DNA of 63,044 nucleotides, the filler included, from Perkinsus chesapeaki ATCC PRA-425 (lineage: Eukaryota; Protista; Perkinsozoa): NCBI GenBank assembly GCA_013115145.1. It is 7 parts of 7 records of this genome, joined end to end, with 100 filler letters (N's around TTAATTAATTAA, not from the genome) between each part and the next. Parts side by side here need not be neighbours in the genome. Positions count along the whole stretch, not along the records: positions 21,942 to 35,985 come from JAAPAO010000764.1; 6 more parts are not named here. The stretch is one strand, 5' to 3'. Shown here in pieces: positions 23,485 through 35,496 of the stretch. Both the position numbers and the translations under genes were made by a program. The number at the start of each line of letters is the position of its first letter. The first letter of the stretch is position 1. Below the pieces are notes generated by a model, which was given only the letters and a program-made list of their open reading frames with translations, did not search any database and was not told the origin of the DNA.

Positions 23485-26456
23485 ATGAGGTGCCCTCCAT
23501 CCCAGGAAGCAGGGCCCTCAGTGTCCGAGGCAGCCCGTCTAGTTTGGGACTTCGACCGGTTCTGGTTCCCAGCGGAATCCAATGAGCCCCAGAGTTTCTG
23601 GTTTGCCATGCATTCCCACTTGCCTAAGTTCGATGAGCCTAAGAGAGAGGCCCAGAGGTGACCCCATTGCTCGGCGGCGGGGAGGCGGCTGCATCGGCAT
23701 CCTCCCCTCAGATACTTCCCTGCGGTTGTTCCCTTAATCTTCTCCTTACTTACAGACCCCACGAAGATGTGGGCTCTTCCAGTGTGGGTTCGGCTGCGTC
23801 TTGCTATTATGTGCGACCAGACCATCCGTAACATGTCTCTTCCTCCCGAGCAGGTAATGCCGCCGCTCCAGCGCTCACCGTTTATTCCTTGGCAGGCCTT
23901 CCTCAAGACCTTAGTCGACAGGGTTACCCTCCGGCTGGCCCAGACGGTCGCCTTGAATCAGCCTGACAACGGCGCCATTATGGCCACACACGGCCTCTAT
24001 AGAGCGTTGTTCCTCACTCTCATCTTCCGCCATAATGGGTAGGCCTTGGAAGGGCTCGCACTGTAAAGAGTGGTACGTCAGCTTGGCGAAGATGAGCCTG
24101 CGGTTGTTGAAGCCGCTGCCGGAGGATAACGAGACTGTGGGGAAGTTCACAGAGTGCACCAAAGCTGTATTGTGCAACCGTTACATCGACTACGCTCTCA
24201 GTGATGACTGCAATCCAGTAAGTCATGCTGTCTCCTGCCCAGTCCTATTTTTGGTAGGATTTAGCATCTACGTCGGTCGGCGAGGCCCCCAAGGATCGGC
24301 ACGTCCTCGATGAGCTCTGTCGGAAGGACCCCGAGTTCCTCGTGGATAGTCCTGCCCTGTCCGAGCAGGACATGGCCCTGATGAACCGACTCAAGGATTT
24401 CTTCGTAGGCTTTTAGTTCCCAGCAAGTCGTTCATACCGCTCTTCCCTCAGACAACGTATTATCCCAACAACACTGTCCCCAAGGTGTTAGTACTGTCTC
24501 TGAGCGGTGGAGTAGATTCCATGGTAGCTTCCATAGCTGTTGTTCTCCAAGCCATGGCTATCCGTATCAGACGCACCTATTCCTCCTATCCAAGCTCCAA
24601 CAGTTCCTCGGCTTTAAGCTCGTTGCATGCCATATACGACACTCTAATCGCGATGACGCCAAGCAAGAGCTGCAGTGGGTGACCTATGTCACTGCCCTGC
24701 TCGGGGTATCCCATCCACTGGGCAAATGTCTCAAGATACGTCTTTGCAGGTTCCTCTTTACCATCATCATGTGAAGCTCCGAAGGCCCCATGGGTCCCTT
24801 AAGACCGGCATCGATCGAATGAAGTACCTCAGTAGGAGCTCATCAAGGGTTATTACCTCTGCGGTAGTTACGAAAAAAAGACCAGAGACATCCGCTTCAG
24901 CATGTATGCGAAGGCCCATAAACTGGCTTGGGCAGCGGCGGGCCTCCCTGAGGGTTCACGAACGCAGCCAGTTGTCGTCGTGGGGCACCATATGGATGAT
25001 GTAGGACAGTCTCGGCGCCTTTGTGGACTAATGCTGCCCTCAGGTGGATGAGAATCGTCTAGCTGAGCTGGGAAAGGGCAACTTGTTGAATATAAATGGT
25101 ATGGTTATGAACGCGGACGGCACCGACGATGATGAAATCGGCAATGTGATAGCACAACTCCTTGGTCGGTGGGGAAGTACTTACTGTAGGTTTGCCAAGT
25201 CCGACCGTTGTTATTGAGCACTAGGAAAGAGGAGCTAATAGCCTGTGCGTCACGTCACAATATCCCCTACATGGTGGACTCAACTCCCAAGTGGAGCCGC
25301 CGTGGATGGATCAGAGGGGTGCGCCGCCGCCCGCCGCCGCAGCTCATCGTTTCTCGGTATGGACCAGCCTCCCTTCAGGTTCTCGATTTGGGATTCCCCA
25401 TTGAAGGCGGGGCTAGGCGGCAGTTCCTGATGGACCTTACTCTGGCCGGGCAGCTTTCCGACGACCTCGATCGCCAGGTCACTCAAGCCTCAGTTGATCT
25501 GGTGCCCCATCGTACGTCATTCAATTCGTCTGTATGTCATTGCCTGCATTGCTATATAGGTATAATACCTGCTGGTGACGCGCGGTTTAAGAAGCAGAAT
25601 CGAGTTGTCACCGACTTCCACTTCCTGGTAGTCCCTCTAATGGATACATAACATGGCACAGTTCTAGTTTCAGGCCATTGATACGAGTAACCTTTTTTCT
25701 ACCAAGGAGGCCCCATTGCTGATGAAGGAGATATCCGAAACTAAGGACAGGCTGCTCGAGGTGGTCTCAAGGATAGCTCCAGCTTGGTCCCCTGCAGTGG
25801 AGGCATATAAGAAGCAAGGTACCACTGTTGTCTAGGGAAGCCTGTGACGGCGATGCAATCTCAGTGGTGCTGTCTACTGAGGACTCATCAACGGCGGTTT
25901 CTGATGGGAGCGATGAAGAGGAGGAAGGCCATAAATGTCCTATTCAGCCGATTAGGGTTGATCAGCTCAGAGAAGAGTCTCTTACCGTAACAATACTGCT
26001 CAACGTTATGATACGCCTCCACGACAAGAGTAGCAATTGCTGAGTTATACGGCGGTATCCTGGTGTTGCAGATCCTACTTATCGGCAACAATTCTTCCAG
26101 GGCAAGCGGCCTTCACGGCGGTCAGTGGAGCACTTCTGCACGACGGCCGAAACCACGCGGAAGCCTTTTGTCGGAAGCCCTCGGTGATGAGTTGATGTCC
26201 AGGAGTTCTTGTTTAGGTCCTAACAGCGATGCGGAAGACATGTCCAGGTTTATACGTTTCTTCACCGAGCTACCTATGCCTCTTTGACAAGAATGCAGAA
26301 CTGGATCAAGCAAGTGGAGGCAACAGGTGAGTTACCACCTTTATATCACTGTGAGCTGTACCCCAATTCAGGGAGTCCCTCGCTAAGGTGCTGTTTAATA
26401 GCTTCAATAGGGCACTAGCCGCTGAGCTTGCTCCTCCCCCGCCCACGGCTCAGTAG
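23485..26456 (+). CDS. tilS: TilS-like (tRNA(Ile)-lysidine synthase family) PP-loop ATPase with N-terminal DUF924-like domain; 3' end approximate
   Basis: PP-loop LSLSGGVDSMV; HIRHSNRDDAKQELQWV; GHHMDD; RPLLLSTRKEELI; IPYMVDSTPKWSRRGWIR. N-terminus FWFP..FWF..KFDE, IMCDQTIRNM, FLTLIFRHN. Confidence 0.78.
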
Positions 26457-26547
26457 CCCCTTCTGTGTTCTATGGTTTCTCCTATATAAACTGGTTGAGT
26501 TATTTAGTAATCTGGGCTGCTCCGTGCAGCGGTAAGATACTCTATGA

Positions 26548-27935
26548 ATGGGTAACAGCCTTTCGACGGCGGTAAGGGCCGATGAGGCCTCAGGGCAGGA
26601 CAGCCGCCATCGAGGCAGTAGGGGAATCTTCGTTGGTCTCATCTATATGGCTTTGTAGTTGGAGACCTGCCCGCGTATCCTAGAAGGCGCCCCACTTCCA
26701 TAAGACCTAGCCCAGTCGTTGATGGTCGGCAGGTGGAGCTCCATGTGTACGACTTAGACAAGGTACTCTCAACCAGTCGGCTGCGGCGAAGTGAGCCTAA
26801 TTGTAGGTAGTGAGCCACCTTAACGCAGTGACCAGAGCGTTCTCCTGGGGAGCGTTTCATGTCGGTGTGGAGGTGTACGGTGAGGAGTGGAGCTTTGGTC
26901 AGACAACCGATCCCCAAGCCACCGGGTACCACTGTTGCAGAGCCAGTTGTGTAGGGGTGGTGTTTTAGACTTTGTATAATACGCCCTAAGTCCCATGAAG
27001 TCCATGTATACAGAGAATCAGTGCCGATGGGCAACACTAATCTCAGTCGGGGTAGGTCTAGTGGCAGCGGGGCCTTACCCTGGTGGCTTGCAACAGCAGA
27101 CTCGGTCTGGAGGCTCATGGTGACAATGAGGAAGGAATGGCTGGGTGGAAGCTATCACATACTAAGGCGGAACTGCATACACTTTGCCAAGGCCCTCTGT
27201 AGCATGTTACATATCCCCGCCTGCACGCTCCCTACAGGCCTTCGTTTGGGTTGCGAGAAAGAGTTCCCATCATGGATAGAGGCCTTGCCCAGTCGAACAG
27301 AGGGGTTATACTTCCAGGCCAACTCTTGAAGTTGATGCCCCTCGGCAGGCTGAGCCAGACCTTCGATGTGGCCTCGGCCCACGTTAGAGCCCTTGATGAC
27401 TGGTTGAGGATATCGCACGGGTTTAACAGCCTCAGATCCTCCGTTACAGTATCCACGTTGAACCGTCCGGGACAGACTGCATGAGCAGGTGCCAGGGGAC
27501 TCTAGACGCGCTGTTGGTGACTCAGAGGCTCATAGAAATAACACCAGCAACAGCAGCAGTTCCAGTATGTGGGTTGTCGGCGGCTACTTTCGATCTGATA
27601 CCTCAGACGTTCGTGCCCCAATACGGCTTGGTAAAGCTCATACAGTGGACCGAGAATCTCTGCTGGCTCGGCGTGCCATTCAGCTACCACCAGCTGTATT
27701 GACTGCCGCTATACAACGGGGAGCTCCGCCGACGTCACCTCCACCCAGAATCGCACGAGTGAGGCCCCCACTGCCTGCCCTTCGGTACCAGCTTCCTATC
27801 AGCAGCCTCGAGAGTCCTGGGCTGGGCCATCACTTGCCAGAACTGCCGAGGACAACGCTGGATCCTCAAAACTGCCGTCATCAAGGTGGTGATTGCAATA
27901 ACCACATCCTTCTTGGGCTTTGTTCAGGACTGTAG
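26548..27935 (+). CDS. PPPDE/DeSI-family deSUMOylase/deubiquitinase, multi-exon
   Basis: VELHVYDL; GAFHVGVEVYGEEWSFG (catalytic His); YRESVPMG; GSYHILRRNCIHFA (catalytic Cys). N-terminal MGNSLS myristoylation-like start. 3' end approximate. Confidence 0.85.
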
Positions 27936-28084
27936 TGGTAATGCCGCCCAAGGAGCAGCCAGGTGATCGGCGAACTTCTGGTTTCCTTTGACCAAATTCA
28001 TGATGCCTTCGTCATGCTTTGAACCATACCCGCTTCACCTTGTTTTGCGTTGATTCCGTAATAGACATTTGTCAGCTTTATTTA

Positions 28085-30374
28085 ATGAGCCTTGAGTCAC
28101 CGCTACCCCACTACGATCCAGCCCGGCACCTCACCATAGCTGTGGAGGGCTGCGCCCATGGTGACCTAGATCGGATCTACGAGGTACGTGCAACCGGCGG
28201 TGACGGCGGCCTCCTGATACCGGCAGTTCACCAGGCAATCGGTCATCTGGAGAAGACCAAGAAGACTCCTCCAGTGGACCTCCTCATCTGCTGTGGTGAT
28301 TTCCAGGCCATTCGTAAGAGCCCTTTGCTGTCCTTCACCACAGCCGGCTTCAGGCACCGAGGCCGAGCTCAACGATTTGGCTGCACCACCCAAGCACCGG
28401 CATATGAAGGTGAAGCGGAGGGCAGTATGTCAGGCGTTGATAGTGCAATCAGGACTTCCACCGGTACTGGACAGGAGAGAGGACTGCTCCTATCACCACG
28501 ATCTTTGTGGGTGGCAATCACGAGGCTCCATCTCATCTTAGAGAACTGTGAGAGTCCCTTGGTGTTCAGTCAGACTACTTCTATCAGTTACTACGGAGGC
28601 TGGGCAGCAAAGGGGATCTACTACATCGGTCATTCTGGGGTAGGCGCCGCCCGATCACTTCTTGCTCGTTCGCCTATCACCGTTGTCGGCGCCTTCCGGC
28701 GTCACGCGCGGCGTATTGTGCGTGCGTGCAGCGAGGTAGTGGTTCTATGATAGGTTGTCCGATGCAAGGGCGTTCGGATAGGAGGCCTCAGCGGCATATA
28801 CAAGGGCTACCACTATGAGCTCGGACACTATGAGATGGCCCCTTATGATGAAGATACAAAGAGATCAGCTTACCATGTTAGGAAATACGAAATGGATAAG
28901 CTTGCCGCTCTGGTGAGATTGGGTTGGGGCGTCCTCATCGACATGTGGTTATTCAGTCAGAGAATAAGGAGGCCATGCAGAACGATCCTGTGAGGGTGAT
29001 AATAACACACGACTGGCCCACTGGTATCACCGACTATGGTGATACGGACACCTTGCTTAGAGTGAAAGATAGAAATGGTAGGGAAGGCTCTGTAGCTGAA
29101 GGACTAGGCCATGGCAGGGACAATGAGACAGGAGATCAGCCGAGGGGAACTTGGCAATGCTCATTCTATGGACCTAATGCGGAGAATCAGGCCAGACTAC
29201 TGGTTCAGGTAGGGTGGTGCCTGATTCACTGACAATAGCTTCTTCAGTGGCCACATGCACGCCAAGTACACAGCGCTAGTCCCCCATGAGGCTACTGAGG
29301 ACCGGCAAGCTTCGCTTACCCGGTTTATCGCCCTGGACAAGTGCGTGCCACGTCGGCAGGGCTCTCTGGGGTATCTACAGATAATTACCATTGACGTTGA
29401 AGTAGGTATAGCAGAGCAACTTGCCGATCTGAAGTTTGCCTGTGTTAGACAGGACAGCTTTGGGCACGCAGTCTGGAAGGGAAGGGAAATGACAACGAAG
29501 CCGAGGTGAGGACGACGGGGCTATCCCGACTCAGCGAGAATTCCAGCTATAATAGCAGACTGAGGTGCACTGTCCACCGTTGAGTGCCGGCGGGGAAGGA
29601 TGGCATCTGGATCTTAGTACTGTTTCAGGCGGTCTTCGGAAAGCGAAGTCGAATCCCTCTCCAGTTCGACCTCGAGGTAGGTTGGCCTCCAGGATATTCT
29701 GTGATCTATCTTTATTGTAGTGGTTGGCTCTCCTAGCTGTGAATAACAGCTCAATGCCTCTCACTCGAGACCGGTGGACTGGGGCTATAAAGCGTCCTAC
29801 CGAGGAGGACATCGAAAGGGTACCCTATTCTGCTCGATTGTCTTCAGCAGCCTTGCAATAGGTACGTAGTGCATTAGAAGGGAACGATGATATAACAAAG
29901 GCCGGTACAGAGTACGAGATACCTGACCGTTTCGTGTCCAGTGATTCTGATAAACCCGGTAGCCACCGACAGCGACAGTGGCTGATGGATATCTTAGAAA
30001 CCGAGGACGTAAAATAGTTATGCCGCTCCGCAATATACGGGAATCCTCGCTGCTGGAATAGGTGCTGGGGGCTGCCGAGGCTGCTGGCCCACCTGTCCCT
30101 ACTGGAGGCTTCGAGATAACAGGCGGTACACTTGGAGCTGATGGAAGGCTCAATGCACAGTGAGTTGTCAAGTATTGATTGGCGGGGGTGAACTTCTCCG
30201 CTTAGTGGTTTGGAGACCTCCGAGATGTGCACAGATAGTGGCGTCGTGTTCTTCGATGACTCTGCACCAACGTCGTCTGGTATAGACAGCTCGCCCGAAG
30301 CGAAGCGCCCCCGAACTGAGGAGGGGCTTCGACCATGTGAAGAGGTGAAGCAGCATCATGCCTTAGCTACTTAG
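28085..30374 (+). CDS. DBR1: RNA lariat debranching enzyme, multi-exon
   Basis: [68 protein letters not shown], and C-domain FDLE|WLALL. Confidence 0.93.
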
Positions 30375-30588
30375 TGCAATCTCCTGCATTTAGGATATCG
30401 ACCTCGGCGACCTAGATTGACAACATTGAAGCTCTGGCCACTGCACAATGTTCGTTCTCGTGGTTTCTAAGGGGGCTGTTGTGAAGTTGCTATTAATAAA
30501 CTGGTCAATATGGCAGGGAGTGGAGGGCTTCGTCTGTGACTGAGGCAGGTTATCTCATTTTTCCGGATCACCTCCGTTTTCACCCACT

Positions 30589-31028
30589 ATGAGCGGCGAA
30601 GGAAATCCTTGGGAAGATCTTTGCGAATGGGTTCGCAGTCAAGGAGGGAGCCTTGCCAATGCCTTGGGCAACTTGAGTACAGCGTATCGCTCCCTGGTAG
30701 GAAGGACTTTTTCGCGCATTCAGATAACCAGGGAACTTACAGCGACATCACCTCTGGCGACAGCGACGCCCTACAAGCTGCCAGCAGCTCATCTTCTCTC
30801 ATGCCCGTCTCACCGTTTGGTATGTTTCTAATGGTTATGCTATTCATTTGGGGATACCTTTACCTCCAGGGTAAGGCTTATGTTCTCAGCTCGGCCTGCA
30901 GTCCCTGCATTCCAGGTAGAAGGAACCGTGCTCTAACAGAGAAGCCACGTAACTCACGTCGCGGGGACCGAGAAGACAAAAATGATAATGGTGGAGGTCC
31001 ACCCCCAGCAACTGGAGGCGTCTACTAG
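30589..31028 (+). CDS. Short hypothetical gene or fragment
   Basis: MSGEGNPWEDLCEWVRSQGGSL resembles the start of some SET-domain proteins, but no SET motif follows. Confidence 0.25.
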
Positions 31029-32170
31029 GCGATTCGAACTGCTTTTTATCCAGCTGCAGATTACGAGTCTATCGGGAGAGGGATACATTTTTGAAGAGAT
31101 ATATTAGAACAGGTCTCAAGTTGCAGTATGCATTTAGTTGATATTAGTATTGCAATTCTACTACGACGAACTGGGGTTCCTCATTGGCACAAACTGAGTG
31201 TCAGTCCGTATTATGTAACCAACTGGGGTTATCACCATCAAACAGAGTAACTTAGGTATACTTGCCCAAATCATATAGTTACGCACGAATCACCATCCCC
31301 CAAACTGAAAACAGCATTTATCCTTGTGTGTAAACCAGGTCAGTTATCAGACTTGGTCAGATAATGGCAGCCCCTGGTTATAAACGTTTCCGAAGAGGAT
31401 CTATTCATGACAGAGAAGTATGGATGGAAGGTGTTCCCGAAAACGTTGGTATTATGCCATCTGTGATACCGATACATCGTCACCAAATATCCTGACTGGT
31501 GCTACTCAAAACCTGCATACATGGATAATCGTGAATCGGTCGGAGAAAGGCGGAGAAATCCTTTTTATTCCTCATGGGAGTTCCCCATATTCCTCTGTGA
31601 AAATAAGATGGTGATCGTAATGACCCGACGAGATTGATACCTCCTCCTAACCGCGAGAGGAGCGTGTCATACAGAGGGAATACACTTGTTCTACCTTGAA
31701 GCCTATGCGGCCGAGGAGTCCTCGGTGAGGACATTACCCATTCATGTTACCTCTCGGGAAACTTACCCGAGATGTAGCGCCATATAAAAGAAACGCAAGA
31801 TGCTCCGTCAGACATGGGCAGTCAAGTTAAAATGAGGGCCTCTGCTAAGACTGCGGTGAAGTAATGTTCGTTGATGTATTATAGACAATCGTATGTATCG
31901 TATCAAAAGGAGTAAATAACGACGCTATTTGGTACTGCCAAGTAGGCTCGTATCCGTGCCCTCAGCACCATGCGCAACACACCAAAAAGCTCCAGGGTAC
32001 ACCAACCCAAACTTTTGAAGAGTCACTTCAAGTCTACGTCCAATTATGACAACAATAGGGTTAAAATACTATTTCAGCCACTTCAAGGTTGAAGGTTAAT
32101 AATGGCCAGATTGATACCTCGTCAAAACCGTTAAAATAGTACGTGGCATAGAGGATGGCTTGAGCTGCAG

Positions 32171-32677
32171 TCAGAGTATGGAGTAAAGGCAGCCCAACTG
32201 GTCGCAGAGCCTCTTCGCTTCTTCGGGATCAAGTCCCGGTGTATTAGCCCAACCTCCTTCGCTATCACTGGTCCCCACCCATACCTCGTCGCCATCCTCG
32301 TTGAAGGATATGTAGCCGAACCCATCTGGCTTCATATTCAAGAATATGCTGTCGTTACGGACGGCGCCAGTGTAGGCCTTACGGGCATCTGGATTCCATT
32401 GTAACACAAAGGTCAAGTCCGATGATTCCTTAGTGTAGGTGCTCCGTACTTTAATCTTACGGAACTGCTTCCTGAGTGGGGGCAGGTTAAATAAGCACCA
32501 GTAGCCGTATTGCGGACATAGAACCGTCAAAGTACGAGGGACATCCTCACCAACTTGGAAGCCGAATATTGTAGGGTCAGCTGAACCAGACGCAGCAAGG
32601 TGCAGCGCCAGGACACATAGAGACATTGTTGAAGATAGCATCGAACCTAAATTTAGTTTAATATGAAGCGGCGACAA
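32171..32677 (-). CDS. Intronless small secreted hypothetical protein
   Basis: 168-aa ORF with hydrophobic signal segment SLCVLALHLAASGSA and a compact non-repetitive body. Confidence 0.65.
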   Translation of the reverse strand: MSPLHIKLNLGSMLSSTMSLCVLALHLAASGSADPTIFGFQVGEDVPRTLTVLCPQYGYWCLFNLPPLRKQFRKIKVRSTYTKESSDLTFVLQWNPDARKAYTGAVRNDSIFLNMKPDGFGYISFNEDGDEVWVGTSDSEGGWANTPGLDPEEAKRLCDQLGCLYSIL

Positions 32678-33223
32678 TGAGACGTCGTGACGTCGCGGCT
32701 GATCGTGACAATCATGTCACGTGGTCATATGACCACATAGCAGGAAGCTCTCATGACTACCCACGGACGAGAAACATGAAGACATATTCTGTCACAGGCT
32801 GTAAGACTCGGCCGAGGGCATTGAAGGCATTGTAAACAGGCTGATACACAGGACTGAAAACACTGTATTGTGATAACGAAACTGGGGACATGGCTCCTGT
32901 TCCCTCTGATCGCGTCACCAACTAGCAACTACTTACCGTGATTATAGTTAGTCACCTTCAATTTGATTACGATGCTCAATGTGATTGATTCGCTAGGGTC
33001 CAGAGGTGCCACGCGACTTCTAAACAGTGTAACAAAGGAAAAGCGTTCAATGCTTTTCCTTTCAGGAAAGTCAATAGTCTTTTAGTCAATGTGACTAACT
33101 AATAACGCAACTCAGAAATGAATACCAGACAATGTTGTTAAGCCTCCTCCTCTTGCTGCCGTTTTTGCTGCTTACGCAGCTTACGAGCTCATGTGACTCA
33201 AATAACCTCAGCAACAACGGCAC

Positions 33224-34656
33224 CTACAGTCGATAACCCTTCGGGGTGACCCGAAGTTTGTCGATCTGCAATACTCGAACCAACTCAGCCAATTTAGGAA
33301 ACTGCAATGGCAGATCATTTCGAACTTGGGCAGCAAATTTAATTGAGTCAATATCTTGAATCCACCACAGGGAGTGTATATGCAACGTCCCTCGAGACTG
33401 AAACTCTACTTTGTAATAGAAGCATTGCAAACTCCGATCGCTGCTATGATTCTGCTGAAACAAACAGTTAGCAGTATTTCGCCCATCACGGCTATTGCCA
33501 GCTAATACCCCTTTAAGAATTTGGTCGAAAGCAAAATATGATGTCCACGCACTTGCCGCTGCATTATCGTACGGAGTACTGCCAGTATACTCCATATCAT
33601 CCACCATCCATTGTGGCCAAGGAAAACTCGACTCATTCACAGTCAAAGTCATAAAGACGCTTGGCAAACCAAATTGTCGCACCACATCATACAAAGCATA
33701 CAGCTCTTTATACCAATAGTATGGACTCAATGCCTTGTCACCAAGAGCATTGTTAGCCCCCCAGTTCCTATGGACGCTGAAAACATAGCACCAGTTATAC
33801 TTTTCGGCAGATAGCGCTGATACTCAAAGACGATAAGTTGCTTATTGAGCCTATAATCCACGATGTCGGACGATAGGGCTTTGCATCGCCAGCTTCTCTT
33901 AAATGAGAAAGTGCTTAGTCCATCCTTACACGCGCTCTCACACCACTGACTATATGGATATAGCTGGGGAAACAATACTGATTCTGCTCCTTCTCTAGTC
34001 AGACTTATTTCATGCTTGTCTGTTTCCGACCAATTCAATACAGCATTCTTGTAGTACTCGTTATTATCCATCAACCACCAGAAACAGTTTATTATCAATC
34101 GAGCATGATCATCGGTAGGATCCAGCTGCAATGATCGAGCTGACACACTCTGCCGTTCATTGAAGACGCGGCCCACGAATCCAGTGTAACCTTTCCCCTG
34201 TCCACCACGACGGACCATTTTGGGCATTATTAAGAGCCATGGTCGTAACTTCAGAATATCTTTATGAGTCAGAGTGTCACTCTGAAACACATCAGGATAC
34301 ATACCATATCTAGGCTTGACAAAAAGCGGAGCGCATACCGCCTGAGCGTTACACCAACGGCAAGGTTGGACATTGCCGCCTTTGCCACCTTTTCCTTTGC
34401 CGCCACTCGCACGTCGGACTTCTACACGGCCTTCGCGCGTCACCTTAATTTTCGCTGTTTCCAAAGTACCGCAAATCGGACATATATACCAAGCACCAGA
34501 GTCTAGAGCCGGTCGAGTCGAGCTGTGTCTGAGCATCAGCCACAAATTCGCGGCTTCCGTTCGAACCGCAAGGATCGCGAAAACCACCCCAGTAAATTGA
34601 AACCCACTGGTCCTCTTGTGGTAACACAACGAAATCGAAATCAACAAAGCTGTCAT
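33224..34656 (-). mobile_element. Helitron-type HUH Rep, frameshifted and truncated (no Tyr motif, no helicase)
   Basis: Zn-finger CPIC..CRWC; WWLMDNNEYY; ESVLFPQLYP; FGLPSVFMTLTVNE (motif 1); VEFQSRGTLHIHSLWW (HUH motif 2). One extra G in the G6 run at ~33757-33762 would fuse the two ORFs. Confidence 0.85.
33239..33256. repeat. GC-rich stem-loop at the end of the Rep ORF (candidate Helitron 3' hairpin)
   Basis: CTTCGGG-GTGA-CCCGAAG, 7-bp stem. On the minus strand it is followed 11 nt later by GTAG. Confidence 0.6.
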
Positions 34657-34819
34657 CGATTGGTGGACTGAGCTTCTACAGCTGTCGGATCCTCTGACTG
34701 AGATGTGATAATGTTGTTTTCCTGGGTATCTATTAGATACTATTTATTAGTAAGTCCGGACTCCGAACTGGTCTCACATTTATCCCATTGACCATGTGGC
34801 TTCTCCGAAAGTCAGTACA

Positions 34820-35496
34820 ATGGGAGCACAACCAGGTTTGTGCACACGTACACTGAAAGAGCACGCGAGCGTCAACGGGGCGTTGAGAATGAAGATGGAG
34901 CATGATATGTTAAGCATAAGATGAAAGCGAGGAAGGAAGCTCGCTATCTTTCTCCTCCTCCCACCTCATCCCTCCCGTCAGGAATGGGTGCAGGGGAGAA
35001 ACACACTTCTTGCGGATCCTCGATGCGACTGGGAGAAACACACTTCTTGCGGATCCTCGATGCGACTGTTCATCCGCCCAACGTGTCAGAACGGTCTTAG
35101 CGTGGATCTGTAACATGTGTATGGGAGCACAACCAGGTTTGTGCACACGTACACTGAAAGAGCACGCGAGCGTCAACGGGGCGTTGAGAATGAAGATGGA
35201 GCATGATATGTTAAGCATAAGATGAAAGCGAGGAAGGAAGCTCGCTATCTTTCTCCTCCTCCCACCTTATCCCTCCCGTCAGGAATGGGTGCAGGGGAGA
35301 AACACACTTTTTGCGGATCCTCGATGCGACTGGGAGAAACACACTTCTTGCGGATCCTCGATGCCACAGTTCTTGCGGATCCTCGATGCGACTGTTCATC
35401 CGCCCTGGAGAAACACACTTCTTGCGGATCCTCGATGCGACTGTTCATCCGCCCAACGTGTCAGAACGGTCTTAGCGTGGATCTGTAACATGTGTA
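34820..35496 (+). repeat. Tandem duplication of a 301-bp unit containing 37-bp subrepeats
   Basis: ATGGGAGCACAACCAGG starts at 34820 and 35121. Subrepeat GGAGAAACACACTTCTTGCGGATCCTCGATGCGACTG occurs twice in copy 1, with extra whole or partial copies in copy 2. Confidence 0.93.

Noticed and set aside
33750-33765. Programmed -1 frameshift in the Rep
   Set aside because: T GGG GGG is not a canonical slippery heptamer; a homopolymer indel is simpler.
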